NCBI GenBank assembly: GCA_016870425.1
Contig: VGBQ01000003.1
Location: 1-32,103, forward strand
Length of the DNA: 32,103 bases
Origin: Actinomycetota bacterium
GTDB lineage: Bacteria > Actinomycetota > Actinomycetes > S36-B12
Direction of reading: 5' to 3'
Positions within the stretch are counted from its first letter, which is position 1. Each line of letters starts with the position of its first letter. The position numbers and the translations under genes are program-made. Below, one piece after another: positions 1-11,940 of the stretch. Under the pieces are notes generated by a model, which had not been told where the DNA came from, ran no database searches, and saw only the letters and a program-made list of their open reading frames with translations.

Positions 1-2766
<2,766 letters not shown>

Positions 2767-2772
2767 CTGGTC

Positions 2773-2778
2773 ATCCTA
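2773..2778 (-). promoter_or_regulatory. Putative -10 element (TAGGAT) of a leaderless secA promoter
   Basis: TAGGAT-GACCAG-GTG: a TANNNT hexamer exactly 6 nt before the start codon, with no SD sequence. Confidence 0.6.
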
Positions 2779-2830
2779 GACGGGCCCACTGGCGCTCTGA
2801 CCGCCCGGCAGTCGCGGCCGACCCGGGCCC

Positions 2831-3421
2831 TCACCCCTCCATGTCGATGCGCACCAGCCCCCAGCGCGCCGCCCGGACCACAGCTTCCGTGCGCGAGCGC
2901 ACCTGCAACTTCTCGTAGATGCGGCGCACATGGTTCCTCACCGTGTTGTCGCTGATCACCAGGGATTCGGCGATCTCGCGGTTGGTGCTGCCGGCGCACA
3001 ACAGCGACAGCACCTGCGACTCTCGCCGTGTCAACTCCGGTGGCCGCGCCCCCGCAGCCTCCGATCGGGGCCCGGCATGGACGACCGTGCGACCCTCCGC
3101 CACGGCCCTCACCGACTGGACGAGCATGGCCTCGTCGATGTCGCGATCCACGGCGCCCTTGATGCCGGCAGCAACGAGCGCACTCAGTGCATCCGTCGTC
3201 GCTGTAGCCACGAGCGCGAGGACGGGAACCTCGCCCACATGAGCACGCATGCGCGCGGCCTCCTCGACCACCCTCGAGGCCGACACCTCCCACACCACGA
3301 TGCTCGGCGTCGCGGAGAGCGTCGCCAGATCGTCAGAGACCTGCCATCCCGCGTCGGCGAGGATCGCGAGGACCCCGCGCCGGACGACCGGCGTCGAGGC
3401 GATCACGAGAGCGGCGGGCAC
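2831..3421 (-). CDS. NarL/LuxR-family transcription regulator with a degenerate receiver domain
   Basis: C-terminal LuxR HTH: [52 protein letters not shown]. The N-terminus has a receiver-like pattern but lacks the catalytic residues. It lies immediately upstream of secA. Confidence 0.88.
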   Translation of the reverse strand: MPAALVIASTPVVRRGVLAILADAGWQVSDDLATLSATPSIVVWEVSASRVVEEAARMRAHVGEVPVLALVATATTDALSALVAAGIKGAVDRDIDEAMLVQSVRAVAEGRTVVHAGPRSEAAGARPPELTRRESQVLSLLCAGSTNREIAESLVISDNTVRNHVRRIYEKLQVRSRTEAVVRAARWGLVRIDMEG

Positions 3422-4191
3422 GCGCCCAGTGTGCTGGACGCTCCTGCACCACGTGAGCGTGAGGTGGCCGCGATGGCCGCGACACGGACCCCGGTCACTC
3501 CCGCGGCACGCAGGGCACGGGAGGCCTCAGCGACGGTCGCGCCCGTCGTGATGATGTCGTCGACGATGACGACCGGACCCGCAGGAGGGCGGAGACAGCT
3601 GAGCGCGCCGCCCAGATTCACCGAGCGCGCAGCGGCCGAGAGGCCGGACTGGTCCCGGGTGTGCCGCGTGAGCCGCAGGCAGTTGTCCAACCGCACCACC
3701 GCGTCCGGGAGCTCCTGGGTGACGAGAGCGACCGCCTGCCGGACCACCCTCGCCCAAGCGTCTTCGCCGCGGCGCCGTCGCGCAGCCGCAGACGCGGGTA
3801 TGGGCACAATCGCAATGGAAGCACCGCCGTCTGCCGGTGCGAGGTCGTCCAGCGCGGTGTGGATCGCACGGGCGAGAGCAGGAGCCAGGTGGCCCGCCAC
3901 ATCGCGTCGCCCGCGCTCCTTCCACGAGGTGATGACATCGCGCGCTACGCCGCCGTAGTCCGCGACAACGAACGCGGGCACCCATCCCAGTGGAGTCGGC
4001 GAGGGCCGGTGCGGTCGCGCGGCACCGGCGACGGACGCCAGGCACGCATGGCACACCGCGGACCCGGCGAGTCCGCAGCCCGCGCAGGTCGGCGGGGCGC
4101 CGAGGGCGACCGCGTCCGCCAGGACTCGAGCGAGGCCACCAGCGGCGCGCTTCCAGGCGCGAGCCAGGTCTGGGGCGGGTGGGACAGGCAT
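3403..4191 (-). CDS. comF: ComF family protein (zinc ribbon + phosphoribosyltransferase domain)
   Basis: CAGC...CHAC zinc-ribbon motif and PRT motif [12 protein letters not shown]. Start chosen at ATG 4191 (MPVPPAP); the ORF track extends to 4275. Confidence 0.88.
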   Translation of the reverse strand: MPVPPAPDLARAWKRAAGGLARVLADAVALGAPPTCAGCGLAGSAVCHACLASVAGAARPHRPSPTPLGWVPAFVVADYGGVARDVITSWKERGRRDVAGHLAPALARAIHTALDDLAPADGGASIAIVPIPASAAARRRRGEDAWARVVRQAVALVTQELPDAVVRLDNCLRLTRHTRDQSGLSAAARSVNLGGALSCLRPPAGPVVIVDDIITTGATVAEASRALRAAGVTGVRVAAIAATSRSRGAGASSTLGACPPLS

Positions 4192-4286
4192 GTCACCAGT
4201 GACACCCCTGGGACGGATGGAGACCAGCCCAGGGGCACCGGGAGTGGACGGGTGCCGGGCGGAGAGCCTGTGCACAGAATGGGCGC

Positions 4287-4292
4287 TAGGAT
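4287..4292 (+). promoter_or_regulatory. Putative -10 element (TAGGAT) for ahcY
   Basis: TANNNT hexamer about 74 nt upstream of the ahcY ATG; a GAGG SD-like sequence at 4353-4356. Confidence 0.45.
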
Positions 4293-4365
4293 GGGGTCAC
4301 GCCCGCCGGACCATCGAAGCCTCGTGCCGTCCGCCGGCCCCACCATCATTTCGAGGTGTCCTGTC

Positions 4366-5814
4366 ATGTCCCATCCCCTGTCCTCTGACTACCGCGTGGC
4401 CGACCTGTCGCTGGCCTCCTTCGGCCGCGACGAGATCCGGCTCGCCGAGCACGAGATGCCCGGCCTCATGGCCATGCGCGAGGAGTTCGGACCGCGCCAG
4501 CCCCTCAAGGGCGCGCGCATCACCGGATCGCTGCACATGACCGTCCAGACGGCGGTCCTCATCGAGACGCTCGTTGCGCTCGGCGCGGAGGTCCGCTGGG
4601 CCTCGTGCAACATCTTCTCGACGCAGGACCACGCCGCCGCTGCCGTCGTCGTCGGCCCTGACGGCACCGTGGACGATCCCCGCGGCGTCCCCGTCTACGC
4701 CTGGAAGGGCGAGACGCTCGACGAGTATTGGTGGTGCACCGAGAAGGTGCTCCTCTGGCCCGACGGCGGTGGCCCCAACATGATCCTGGACGACGGTGGC
4801 GATGCGACGCTCCTGGTCCACAAGGGAACTGAATTCGAAGCAGCGGGAGTTGTGCCGAGCACCGATCCCACCGACTCCGAGGAGTACGCCGTCATCCTGG
4901 AGGTGCTGCGCCGCTCGCTCACCGAGGACCCCCAGCGCTGGACCCGCATCGGCGCCAGCATCCGCGGCGTGACCGAGGAGACCACCACCGGAGTGCACCG
5001 TCTCTACGAGATGCAGAAGGAGGGGCGCCTGCTCTTCCCGGCGATCAACGTCAACGACTCGGTCACCAAGTCGAAGTTCGACAACAAGTACGGCTGCCGG
5101 CACTCGCTCGTCGACGGCATCAACCGGGCGACCGACGTGCTCATCGGCGGCAAGGTCGCGGTCGTGTGCGGCTACGGAGACGTGGGCAAGGGGAGCGCAG
5201 ACTCGCTGCGCGGCCAGGGCGCCCGCGTGATCGTCACCGAGATCGACCCCATCTGCGCCCTGCAGGCAGCCATGGATGGCTACCAGGTCGCGACCATGGA
5301 GGACGTCGTCGACACCGCCGACATCTTCATCACGGCGACCGGTTGCAAGGACGTCATCACGGCCGATCACATGGCGCGGATGAAGCACCAGGCGATCGTG
5401 GGCAACATCGGCCACTTCGACAACGAGATCGGCATGGCCGGCCTCGCCCAGATCCCCGGCGTCGTGCGCCGCACGATCAAGCCCCAGGTCGACGAGTGGG
5501 CCTTCGCCGACGGCCACTCGGTCATCGTGCTGTCCGAGGGTCGCCTACTCAACCTCGGCAATGCGACGGGCCATCCGTCGTTCGTGATGTCGAACTCCTT
5601 CACCAACCAGGTGCTGGCCCAGTTGGAGATCTTCACGCGTCCTGACGAGTACCCGCTCGGCGTCTACACCCTCCCCAAGCACCTCGATGAGAAGGTGGCA
5701 CGCCTGCACCTCGACGCCCTGGGCGTCCGCCTCACCGAGTTGTCCAAGGATCAGGCGGAATACATGGGCGTCGACGTGGCCGGCCCCTACAAGCCCGAGC
5801 TCTACCGCTACTAG
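4366..5814 (+). CDS. ahcY: Adenosylhomocysteinase (SAH hydrolase)
   Basis: Motifs [86 protein letters not shown], and the C-terminus [10 protein letters not shown]. True start is ATG 4366. Confidence 0.99.
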   Translation: MSHPLSSDYRVADLSLASFGRDEIRLAEHEMPGLMAMREEFGPRQPLKGARITGSLHMTVQTAVLIETLVALGAEVRWASCNIFSTQDHAAAAVVVGPDGTVDDPRGVPVYAWKGETLDEYWWCTEKVLLWPDGGGPNMILDDGGDATLLVHKGTEFEAAGVVPSTDPTDSEEYAVILEVLRRSLTEDPQRWTRIGASIRGVTEETTTGVHRLYEMQKEGRLLFPAINVNDSVTKSKFDNKYGCRHSLVDGINRATDVLIGGKVAVVCGYGDVGKGSADSLRGQGARVIVTEIDPICALQAAMDGYQVATMEDVVDTADIFITATGCKDVITADHMARMKHQAIVGNIGHFDNEIGMAGLAQIPGVVRRTIKPQVDEWAFADGHSVIVLSEGRLLNLGNATGHPSFVMSNSFTNQVLAQLEIFTRPDEYPLGVYTLPKHLDEKVARLHLDALGVRLTELSKDQAEYMGVDVAGPYKPELYRY

Positions 5815-5858
5815 GCGCCCGCCGCACACCAGCAGACGAAGAGCTGACGCAGGGCCGG

Positions 5859-6632
5859 ATGATGTCTCCACCGACGTCTCCGGCCCTGCGCATGCGCGCC
5901 CCCGCCGACTACCCCGGCTGCCCCGTCACGGTCGACATCGCTCTGGCCGAGGGCCGCGTGCTCACGGCACCGAAATGGGGCATCCCCGACGCGATCATCC
6001 CGCTGCTCGGCTTCGTCATCATCTCCGTCGCCGTCGCCGCGGCCGCCGAGAGCATCGGCCTGCCACTGCCCTGGCTGCTCCTCCTCGGCATCACGCTGCC
6101 CTGGGTCGCGCTGGCTGGCTGGCCCCTCCTCACGACCGCCTTCCAGGGCAACGGGCCGCGCATCGACCTGGGCTTGCGCCTCACGTGGCGTGACGTCGGC
6201 TGGGGTCTTGTCGGGGGCGTTGCCGCACTCGTGGCCGGGGGCGCCATCGCACTCGCGCTCCAGGCCGTCTTCGGAGAGTTCACGTCGACGGCCGCTGATG
6301 TCGGCGAGCAGTTGCGTGACGAGGGCCCCTACCTCGCGGTGGTCGCCTTCGCCCTCTGCATCGCCATCGGCGCGCCGATCGCCGAGGAGATCGCCTTCCG
6401 CGGCATGGCGTACAACGCCCTCGCCAAGCGAGGGCTCGGCACCGTCTGGGTCATCGCCCTCACGACCGTCGCCTTCAGCCTTTTCCACCTCGAGCCGGTG
6501 CGGGCGCCCATCCTCCTCGCGAGCGGGCTGGTCCTGGGGGTGCTGAGGTGGAGGACCCGCAGCCTGGGTGCCCCCATCGTGGCCCATGCCGTCAACAACC
6601 TGCCAGGGGCAGCATTCCTGCTCGTGGGATGA
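5859..6632 (+). CDS. CPBP family (Abi/CAAX type II) intramembrane metalloprotease
   Basis: Multiple hydrophobic segments plus the motifs EEIAFRG, FSLFH and AHAVNN. Start could be 5859, 5862 or 5893-region. Confidence 0.88.
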   Translation: MMSPPTSPALRMRAPADYPGCPVTVDIALAEGRVLTAPKWGIPDAIIPLLGFVIISVAVAAAAESIGLPLPWLLLLGITLPWVALAGWPLLTTAFQGNGPRIDLGLRLTWRDVGWGLVGGVAALVAGGAIALALQAVFGEFTSTAADVGEQLRDEGPYLAVVAFALCIAIGAPIAEEIAFRGMAYNALAKRGLGTVWVIALTTVAFSLFHLEPVRAPILLASGLVLGVLRWRTRSLGAPIVAHAVNNLPGAAFLLVG

Positions 6633-6638
6633 CACCAT
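6633..6638 (+). promoter_or_regulatory. Putative extended -10 (TGA-CACCAT) of a leaderless mtrA promoter
   Basis: CACCAT-GATCCC-GTG: hexamer 6 nt before the start, preceded by TGn, with no SD sequence. Confidence 0.5.
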
Positions 6639-6644
6639 GATCCC

Positions 6645-7322
6645 GTGAGAGGTCGTGTCCTGGTCGTCGATGACGACGTAGCGCTCGCCGAGATGCTGGG
6701 CATCGTCCTGCGCGGCGAGGGCTTCGATCCGGTCTTCTGCGCCGATGGCGGTGAGGCTGTCCAGGCGTTCCGGGACTCGCGACCCGACATCATCCTGCTC
6801 GACCTCATGCTGCCCGGCATGGACGGCATCGACGTGTGCCGTGCCATCCGCCAGGAGTCGGGCGTGCCCATCGTGATGCTCACAGCCAAGAACGACACCA
6901 TCGACGTCGTTCTCGGCCTCGAGTCGGGTGCGGATGACTACGTCGTCAAGCCCTTCAAGCCCAAGGAGCTCGTCGCTCGACTGCGTGCTCGCGTGCGCCG
7001 CAGCGATGAGACAGCCGTCGGCACCCTGGAGATCGGTGACGTGACGATCGACGTCGCTGGACACGTCGTGCGCCGGGGGGACCGCATCGTGCCTCTCACG
7101 CCGCTGGAGTTCGACCTCCTGGTCTGCCTCGCTCGCAAGCCGTGGCAGGTCTTTACGCGCGAGGTGCTGCTGCAGGAAGTCTGGGGATACCGCCACGCCG
7201 CCGACACGCGCTTGGTCAATGTGCACGTGCAGCGCCTGCGCGCCAAGATCGAGCACGATCCGGAGCATCCTGAGATCGTGCTCACGGTGCGCGGCGTGGG
7301 GTACAAGGCCGGCCCGCCATGA
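6645..7322 (+). CDS. mtrA: Two-component response regulator MtrA (OmpR family)
   Basis: VLVVDDDVALAEML, LLDLMLPG, VVKPFKPKEL, QEVWGYRHAADTRLVNVHVQRLRAKIEHDPEHPEIVLTVRGVGYKAG; followed by mtrB-lpqB. Confidence 0.97.
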   Translation: MRGRVLVVDDDVALAEMLGIVLRGEGFDPVFCADGGEAVQAFRDSRPDIILLDLMLPGMDGIDVCRAIRQESGVPIVMLTAKNDTIDVVLGLESGADDYVVKPFKPKELVARLRARVRRSDETAVGTLEIGDVTIDVAGHVVRRGDRIVPLTPLEFDLLVCLARKPWQVFTREVLLQEVWGYRHAADTRLVNVHVQRLRAKIEHDPEHPEIVLTVRGVGYKAGPP

Positions 7323-8962
7323 CGACCAGCCCGACGAGTCCCGCGACTCCGAGGGCTCCGTCGGCCCCACTGCCGATCCTCGGCCTCTGGCGCCGATCCC
7401 TCCTGCTCAGGGTCACCGCCACGACCCTGCTCCTCTCCATGGTCGTCATGACCATCCTGGGCTTCCTTCTGCTCTCGCGCGTCACCACCGGTCTCCTCGA
7501 CTCAGCGGAGCGCACGGCGGTCACCGAGGCGAGCGTGGGCCTCACCGACGCCCAGCGCATCTCCGCGGCAGCAGCCTCCGGCACCAGTGCCGCATCGCCC
7601 GCAAGTGTCGTGGACACCATCGTTGCCTCGCTCGCGGCGCGGGCGGGCAGTCCCCCGCAGTACGACGTCCTGCTGCTCGCTGGAGACACGCAGGGGACCG
7701 CGCCTGAGCGCGGCACCAACCTCGTGTCGGATGCGAGCGTCCCGCCGGCGCTGCGCCAAACCATCCTCGCCACCGAGCGGCAGTCATGGACCTACACCGA
7801 GATCCGCTACCTCGACGGACGCAGCGCACCAGGCATCGTGGTAGGAGCACCGCTCGCCGTGACGGACGTCGGGACCTATGAGCTCTACTACCTCTTCCCC
7901 CTGACCGACGAGGAGACCACGCTCGACCTCGTCCGCAGCACAGTCGTGGGCACGGGCATCCTCCTCGTCGCCCTGCTCGGCGCCGTCGCCGCGGTCGTGA
8001 CGCGCCAGGTCGTGGCACCTGTCCGATCGGCAGCCCGCGTCGCGGAGCAGTTCTCCGAGGGCCACCTGCGCGAACGCATGACCGTGCGTGGCGAGGACGA
8101 CCTCGCTCGATTGGCGACGTCGTTCAATGACATGGCCGACAGCCTGGAGCAGCAGATCCACCGCCTCGAGGAGCTATCGGCGGTGCAGCAGCGCTTCGTG
8201 TCGGACGTCTCCCATGAGCTGCGCACTCCGCTGACGACGATTCGCATGGCGGCTGACCTGATCTTCGAAGGACGCAGCGATCTCGATCCGCCCACGGCGC
8301 GCTCCGCCGAGCTGCTGCAGACCCAGTTGGACCGCTTCGAGAACCTCCTCGGCGACCTGCTCGAGATCTCCCGCTATGACGCGGGGGCGGCCGTCCTGGA
8401 CCTCGAGACCGTCGACCTGGCCGCACTCGTGCGCCGGGCCGCAGAGTCCGCTCGCCCCCTGGCCGAACGCCGGGGTTGCGAGATCGAGGTGACCGCGCTT
8501 GTCGAGCCCTGTCCCGTCGAGTGCGACTCCAGGCGCATCGACCGCGTGCTGCGCAACCTCCTGGACAACGCCATCGAGCACGGCGAGGGTCAGCCGATCA
8601 AGGTGGTCGTCGCGGGTGACGGTTCCGCAGCCGCGGTCACCGTGCGCGACCACGGTGTCGGACTGTCTGAGGCGGATATCGCGCACGTCTTCGATCGATT
8701 CTGGCGGGCCGATCCCGCCCGCGCCCGCACGACCGGAGGCACGGGACTGGGCCTGTCAATCGCCCAGGAGGACACGCGTCTCCACGCCGGCTGGCTCGAG
8801 GCGTGGGGAGCGCCGGGTGAGGGTGCATGCTTCCGGCTCACCCTCCCGTGCCGAGCCGATGTCACCCTTGAAGATTCCCCGCTGCCCCTCGCACCGGAGG
8901 AAGCGCTCGCCGATCCCGACCCCGCGCCGGACAGCGCGAGCGCAGCCGAGGTCAGCGCATGA
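7319..8962 (+). CDS. mtrB: Sensor histidine kinase MtrB
   Basis: Two TM segments, a HAMP region, H-box FVSDVSHELRTPLTTIRM, N-box RNLLDNAIEH, and FDRFWRADPARARTTGGTGLGLSI. ATGA overlap with mtrA. Confidence 0.96.
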   Translation: MTTSPTSPATPRAPSAPLPILGLWRRSLLLRVTATTLLLSMVVMTILGFLLLSRVTTGLLDSAERTAVTEASVGLTDAQRISAAAASGTSAASPASVVDTIVASLAARAGSPPQYDVLLLAGDTQGTAPERGTNLVSDASVPPALRQTILATERQSWTYTEIRYLDGRSAPGIVVGAPLAVTDVGTYELYYLFPLTDEETTLDLVRSTVVGTGILLVALLGAVAAVVTRQVVAPVRSAARVAEQFSEGHLRERMTVRGEDDLARLATSFNDMADSLEQQIHRLEELSAVQQRFVSDVSHELRTPLTTIRMAADLIFEGRSDLDPPTARSAELLQTQLDRFENLLGDLLEISRYDAGAAVLDLETVDLAALVRRAAESARPLAERRGCEIEVTALVEPCPVECDSRRIDRVLRNLLDNAIEHGEGQPIKVVVAGDGSAAAVTVRDHGVGLSEADIAHVFDRFWRADPARARTTGGTGLGLSIAQEDTRLHAGWLEAWGAPGEGACFRLTLPCRADVTLEDSPLPLAPEEALADPDPAPDSASAAEVSA

Positions 8963-10653
8963 TCGGCCGGTGGTCAGTGGCGTGGGTGGCGCTCCTCCCG
9001 GTCCTTGCGGCGTGCGCCACGATCCCGACGAGCGGGCCCATCCAGCAGGGCATCGAGGTCGGGGTCGACACCACCGACCAGGTCATCCGGGTCATCGCGC
9101 GCCCGCCGCAGCCGGACATGACCCCCGCCGAGGTCGTGTCGGGCTTCCTCCAGGCGTCGGCTTCCTTCGAGGACGACCACGCCATCGCCCGGGAGTACCT
9201 CACGCCGCAGGCCGCAGCGACCTGGGACCCTGCGGCGCGCGTCAGCGTGTACGACGGCGTGCCAACCATCGTCCCCGATGGGGTCTCCGCGGTCGACATG
9301 ACCGCGACTCGAGTGGGCTCGATCGATGCGGACGGTCGCTACGAGGTGGCTCCCCCTGCGAGCCTGATCGCGGACTCGATCGACATGACCTTCATTGACG
9401 GCAACTGGCGCATTGCCACTCCCCCGCCGGGCCTGCTCCTGTCGCGATCCGACGTCGAGCGGGCATTCCGCGCCTTCGAGGTCTACTTCCTCGATCCGAC
9501 CTTCACCAGCCTGGTTCCCGATCCGCGCTACTTCCCCGTCGACGGTCCCACGCCCGCGACCGCGCTGACGCGCGCACTGCTGGAGGGTCCCACGGAGTGG
9601 ATCGCACCGGCGGTGCGCACCGCTTTTCCCGACGGGACATCGCTCGCCGTCGATGCCGTGCCCGTCGTCGACGGAGTCGCGCGTGTCGATCTCGATCCAC
9701 AGGTGCGACTGGTCGACGAGCAGACTCGCCAGGCGCTGTCGGCGCAGTTGACCTGGACTTTGCGCCAGGTGCCCGGCGTGCGCTTCCTCGACCTCAACGC
9801 CGGGGGCCAGGTGCTCGATGTGCTGGGCGCGGTGAATCCGCAGCCCGTGGATAGCTGGTCGGCGTACGACCCCAATGCCATGCCGGGCGGCACGACACCC
9901 CTCGGCGTGCTCAGCGGCCGCGTCATCGACCTCGCTCGCACCCCGCCGCTGCCCGTGCCCGGCTCCGCGGGACTGGGCAGCCCGCCGCTGGATGGAATCG
10001 CCATCACGCTGGCGGGCGACAGCGTGGCCGGACTGGATACCGAGGCACGCCTGTGGCGTGGGCCCATCCAGCCGGGAGCCCGGCTCATCGAGGTCCTCGA
10101 CGAGCCGGGACAGTCGCGGCCGTCCTTCGGCCGAGGGGAGGATGCGTGGGTCGTCGGCCCCGACGGCATCCTGCGGCGCGTCGACCCACAGGGGACCACC
10201 AACGTGGTCCAGGTCGACGGCTTGCGTCCCAAGACACAACTCGAGTCGGTTTCGGTCAGTCGCGATGGCACGCGCATCGCACTGACGGTCCGGCGAGGGC
10301 CCCGCACCTTCGTCATGCTTGCGGTCATCACCGTGCGCGAAGGCACCGCGCGCGTGGAGTCACCCGTGCGCGTCGACAACCGACTCACCACGGTGAGTGA
10401 CGTGGCGTGGGCCGACGATGACCGGCTGGTGGCCCTCGGCGTCGAGGGTGCCGGCACGGTGGCTGTCTACGAGATCGATCTGAGCAGGTGGCAGCTACGC
10501 TCACTCGGGGCGCCGCCCGGAGCCGTGCGCATCGCCGCGGCGCCCGGCACGCCGATCCTCGCCGCCACCGCGGACCAGCGCATCTGGGAGTACACCTCCG
10601 GCCCCTGGCGGCCCGGGCCCCGGGGGTCCAGCCCGGCCTATCCCGGCAGCTGA
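8959..10653 (+). CDS. lpqB: Lipoprotein LpqB (GerMN + beta-propeller)
   Basis: Lipobox LAAC followed by ATIPTSGP; motifs LVPDPRYF, LLEGPTEW, SRDGTRIA; ends PAYPGS. Third gene of the mtrAB-lpqB operon. Confidence 0.93.
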   Translation: MIGRWSVAWVALLPVLAACATIPTSGPIQQGIEVGVDTTDQVIRVIARPPQPDMTPAEVVSGFLQASASFEDDHAIAREYLTPQAAATWDPAARVSVYDGVPTIVPDGVSAVDMTATRVGSIDADGRYEVAPPASLIADSIDMTFIDGNWRIATPPPGLLLSRSDVERAFRAFEVYFLDPTFTSLVPDPRYFPVDGPTPATALTRALLEGPTEWIAPAVRTAFPDGTSLAVDAVPVVDGVARVDLDPQVRLVDEQTRQALSAQLTWTLRQVPGVRFLDLNAGGQVLDVLGAVNPQPVDSWSAYDPNAMPGGTTPLGVLSGRVIDLARTPPLPVPGSAGLGSPPLDGIAITLAGDSVAGLDTEARLWRGPIQPGARLIEVLDEPGQSRPSFGRGEDAWVVGPDGILRRVDPQGTTNVVQVDGLRPKTQLESVSVSRDGTRIALTVRRGPRTFVMLAVITVREGTARVESPVRVDNRLTTVSDVAWADDDRLVALGVEGAGTVAVYEIDLSRWQLRSLGAPPGAVRIAAAPGTPILAATADQRIWEYTSGPWRPGPRGSSPAYPGS

Positions 10654-11720
10654 CCGGTCGCCGCTCCTGTCACCACGGCTGCCCGGCCTTCGGGCTCGAC
10701 AGCAGCGGTCGCTTCATCGGGAGCCCACACCGCCGCCTGTCCCACGCGGATGACCTCGCCGGCTCCAGCGCCCCCGACGATGCGCACGGGTCCTTCGAGT
10801 GCCAGGACGAGTCGATGTCGACCCGCGACGACCTCACCGGGGTCACTGGAGACGACGAGGTCAAAGGGCATCCCCGCCGGGGCGAGCACACCACCGGCCA
10901 CCGTCTCCAGCCGCTGAGGGGTGCGTTCGGCGTGCACCGCCGCGAGGGCCTCCTCCACAGCGACCGTCTTGCTGGTGAGCCCGAGTCTGAGGACGTTGTC
11001 GGAGGAGGTCATCACCTCGATGCCCAAGCCGCCGACGTAGGAGTGCACGACCCCAGCGCTCACCGCGACGGCCTCGCCGGGCTGGAGGACATCGTGGTCG
11101 AGCAGGACGGTCACGAGCACCCCCGCATCCGTGGGGAAGGAAGCGATCACGCGCTCCAGCGCCATGACGGCAGGAGTGTCCCATCCGCGGCGGGCCGCGG
11201 CATCGACGAGGCGACCGGCGATCTCTGCTCGTTGTGGCGCTGGCAGTTCGATGACCTGGCGCGCGGAGGCGACCGGGTCGCCGGCACGCACCGTCGCGAC
11301 GACCTGAGGGCTCGCGCCGGCCTCAGCGAGCACCGCTGCGGCTTCTCCGGGGTCCCGCCAGCCCACGTGCACATCGAAGGGCGCCAGAGCCACGAGCATC
11401 TCCGCCTTCTCGGCATCGTCCGCGAAGAGCGGTGAGCCGGAGGACCAACCGCGACGGGCGAGAGCGCCATCGGGATGGACCTGGATGGAAAGCGGGTTGC
11501 CCGCGGCCAGCAACTTCACCAGGGGCATACCCCGGTGTGCGTCAAGATCCGACAGACATCGCCCCGCATCCGCACCGGTGACCACGAGCGTGGGGCCGGA
11601 GGGATGGGTGCCGAACCAGAGCTCAGCCTGCGGTGCTCCGGTCGCACCGTGCCAACGCGCCAGTCCGTCGACGATCCCCCAGTCGTATTCCTGGAGAGCG
11701 CCCGCGACGATATGCGGCAT
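10638..11720 (-). CDS. manA: Mannose-6-phosphate isomerase, class I
   Basis: YDWG, AELWFGTHP, KLLAAGNPLSIQVHPD, K-x-E and HSY zinc ligands, EVMTSSDNVLRLGLT. Confidence 0.92.
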   Translation of the reverse strand: MPHIVAGALQEYDWGIVDGLARWHGATGAPQAELWFGTHPSGPTLVVTGADAGRCLSDLDAHRGMPLVKLLAAGNPLSIQVHPDGALARRGWSSGSPLFADDAEKAEMLVALAPFDVHVGWRDPGEAAAVLAEAGASPQVVATVRAGDPVASARQVIELPAPQRAEIAGRLVDAAARRGWDTPAVMALERVIASFPTDAGVLVTVLLDHDVLQPGEAVAVSAGVVHSYVGGLGIEVMTSSDNVLRLGLTSKTVAVEEALAAVHAERTPQRLETVAGGVLAPAGMPFDLVVSSDPGEVVAGRHRLVLALEGPVRIVGGAGAGEVIRVGQAAVWAPDEATAAVEPEGRAAVVTGAATGQLPG

Positions 11721-11929
11721 CAGCGGGCCGCCGCATCCCCTGATCCTCCCGGTGGGACGGCCTCGTCAAGGAGCATCACCGGGATCCCGTCACGCACCGG
11801 GAACCCCCGCCCGCAGATCCGGCACACGAGCAGCCGGCGCTCACCATCGACATCAAGCTCGCCGTGGTCGGAGCACGGGCAGGCAAGGATCTCCAGCAGC
11901 AGCGGGTCCAGTCCCAGCGTCTCCGTCAT
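11720..11929 (-). CDS. Trm112/YcaR-like small protein
   Basis: MTETLGLDPLLLEILACPCSDH...VCRICGRGFPVRDGIPVMLLDEA; GAGGAGG SD before ATG 11929; TGATG overlap with manA. Confidence 0.9.
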   Translation of the reverse strand: MTETLGLDPLLLEILACPCSDHGELDVDGERRLLVCRICGRGFPVRDGIPVMLLDEAVPPGGSGDAAAR

Positions 11930-11940
11930 GTCAGTCCTCC

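Noticed and set aside
4293-4365. SAH riboswitch upstream of ahcY
   Set aside because: I could not find the conserved GAGGAGCG...CAGGCUC...CGCUC elements by eye; an Infernal search would settle it
3661-4365. 235-aa N-terminal extension of AhcY in the ORF track
   Set aside because: It overlaps comF on the opposite strand; homology and the SD support ATG 4366
4191-10676. Invertible (phase-variable) element bounded by repeats
   Set aside because: There is only a short direct match (TGTCACCA near 4191 and near 10668), no inverted repeats and no recombinase gene
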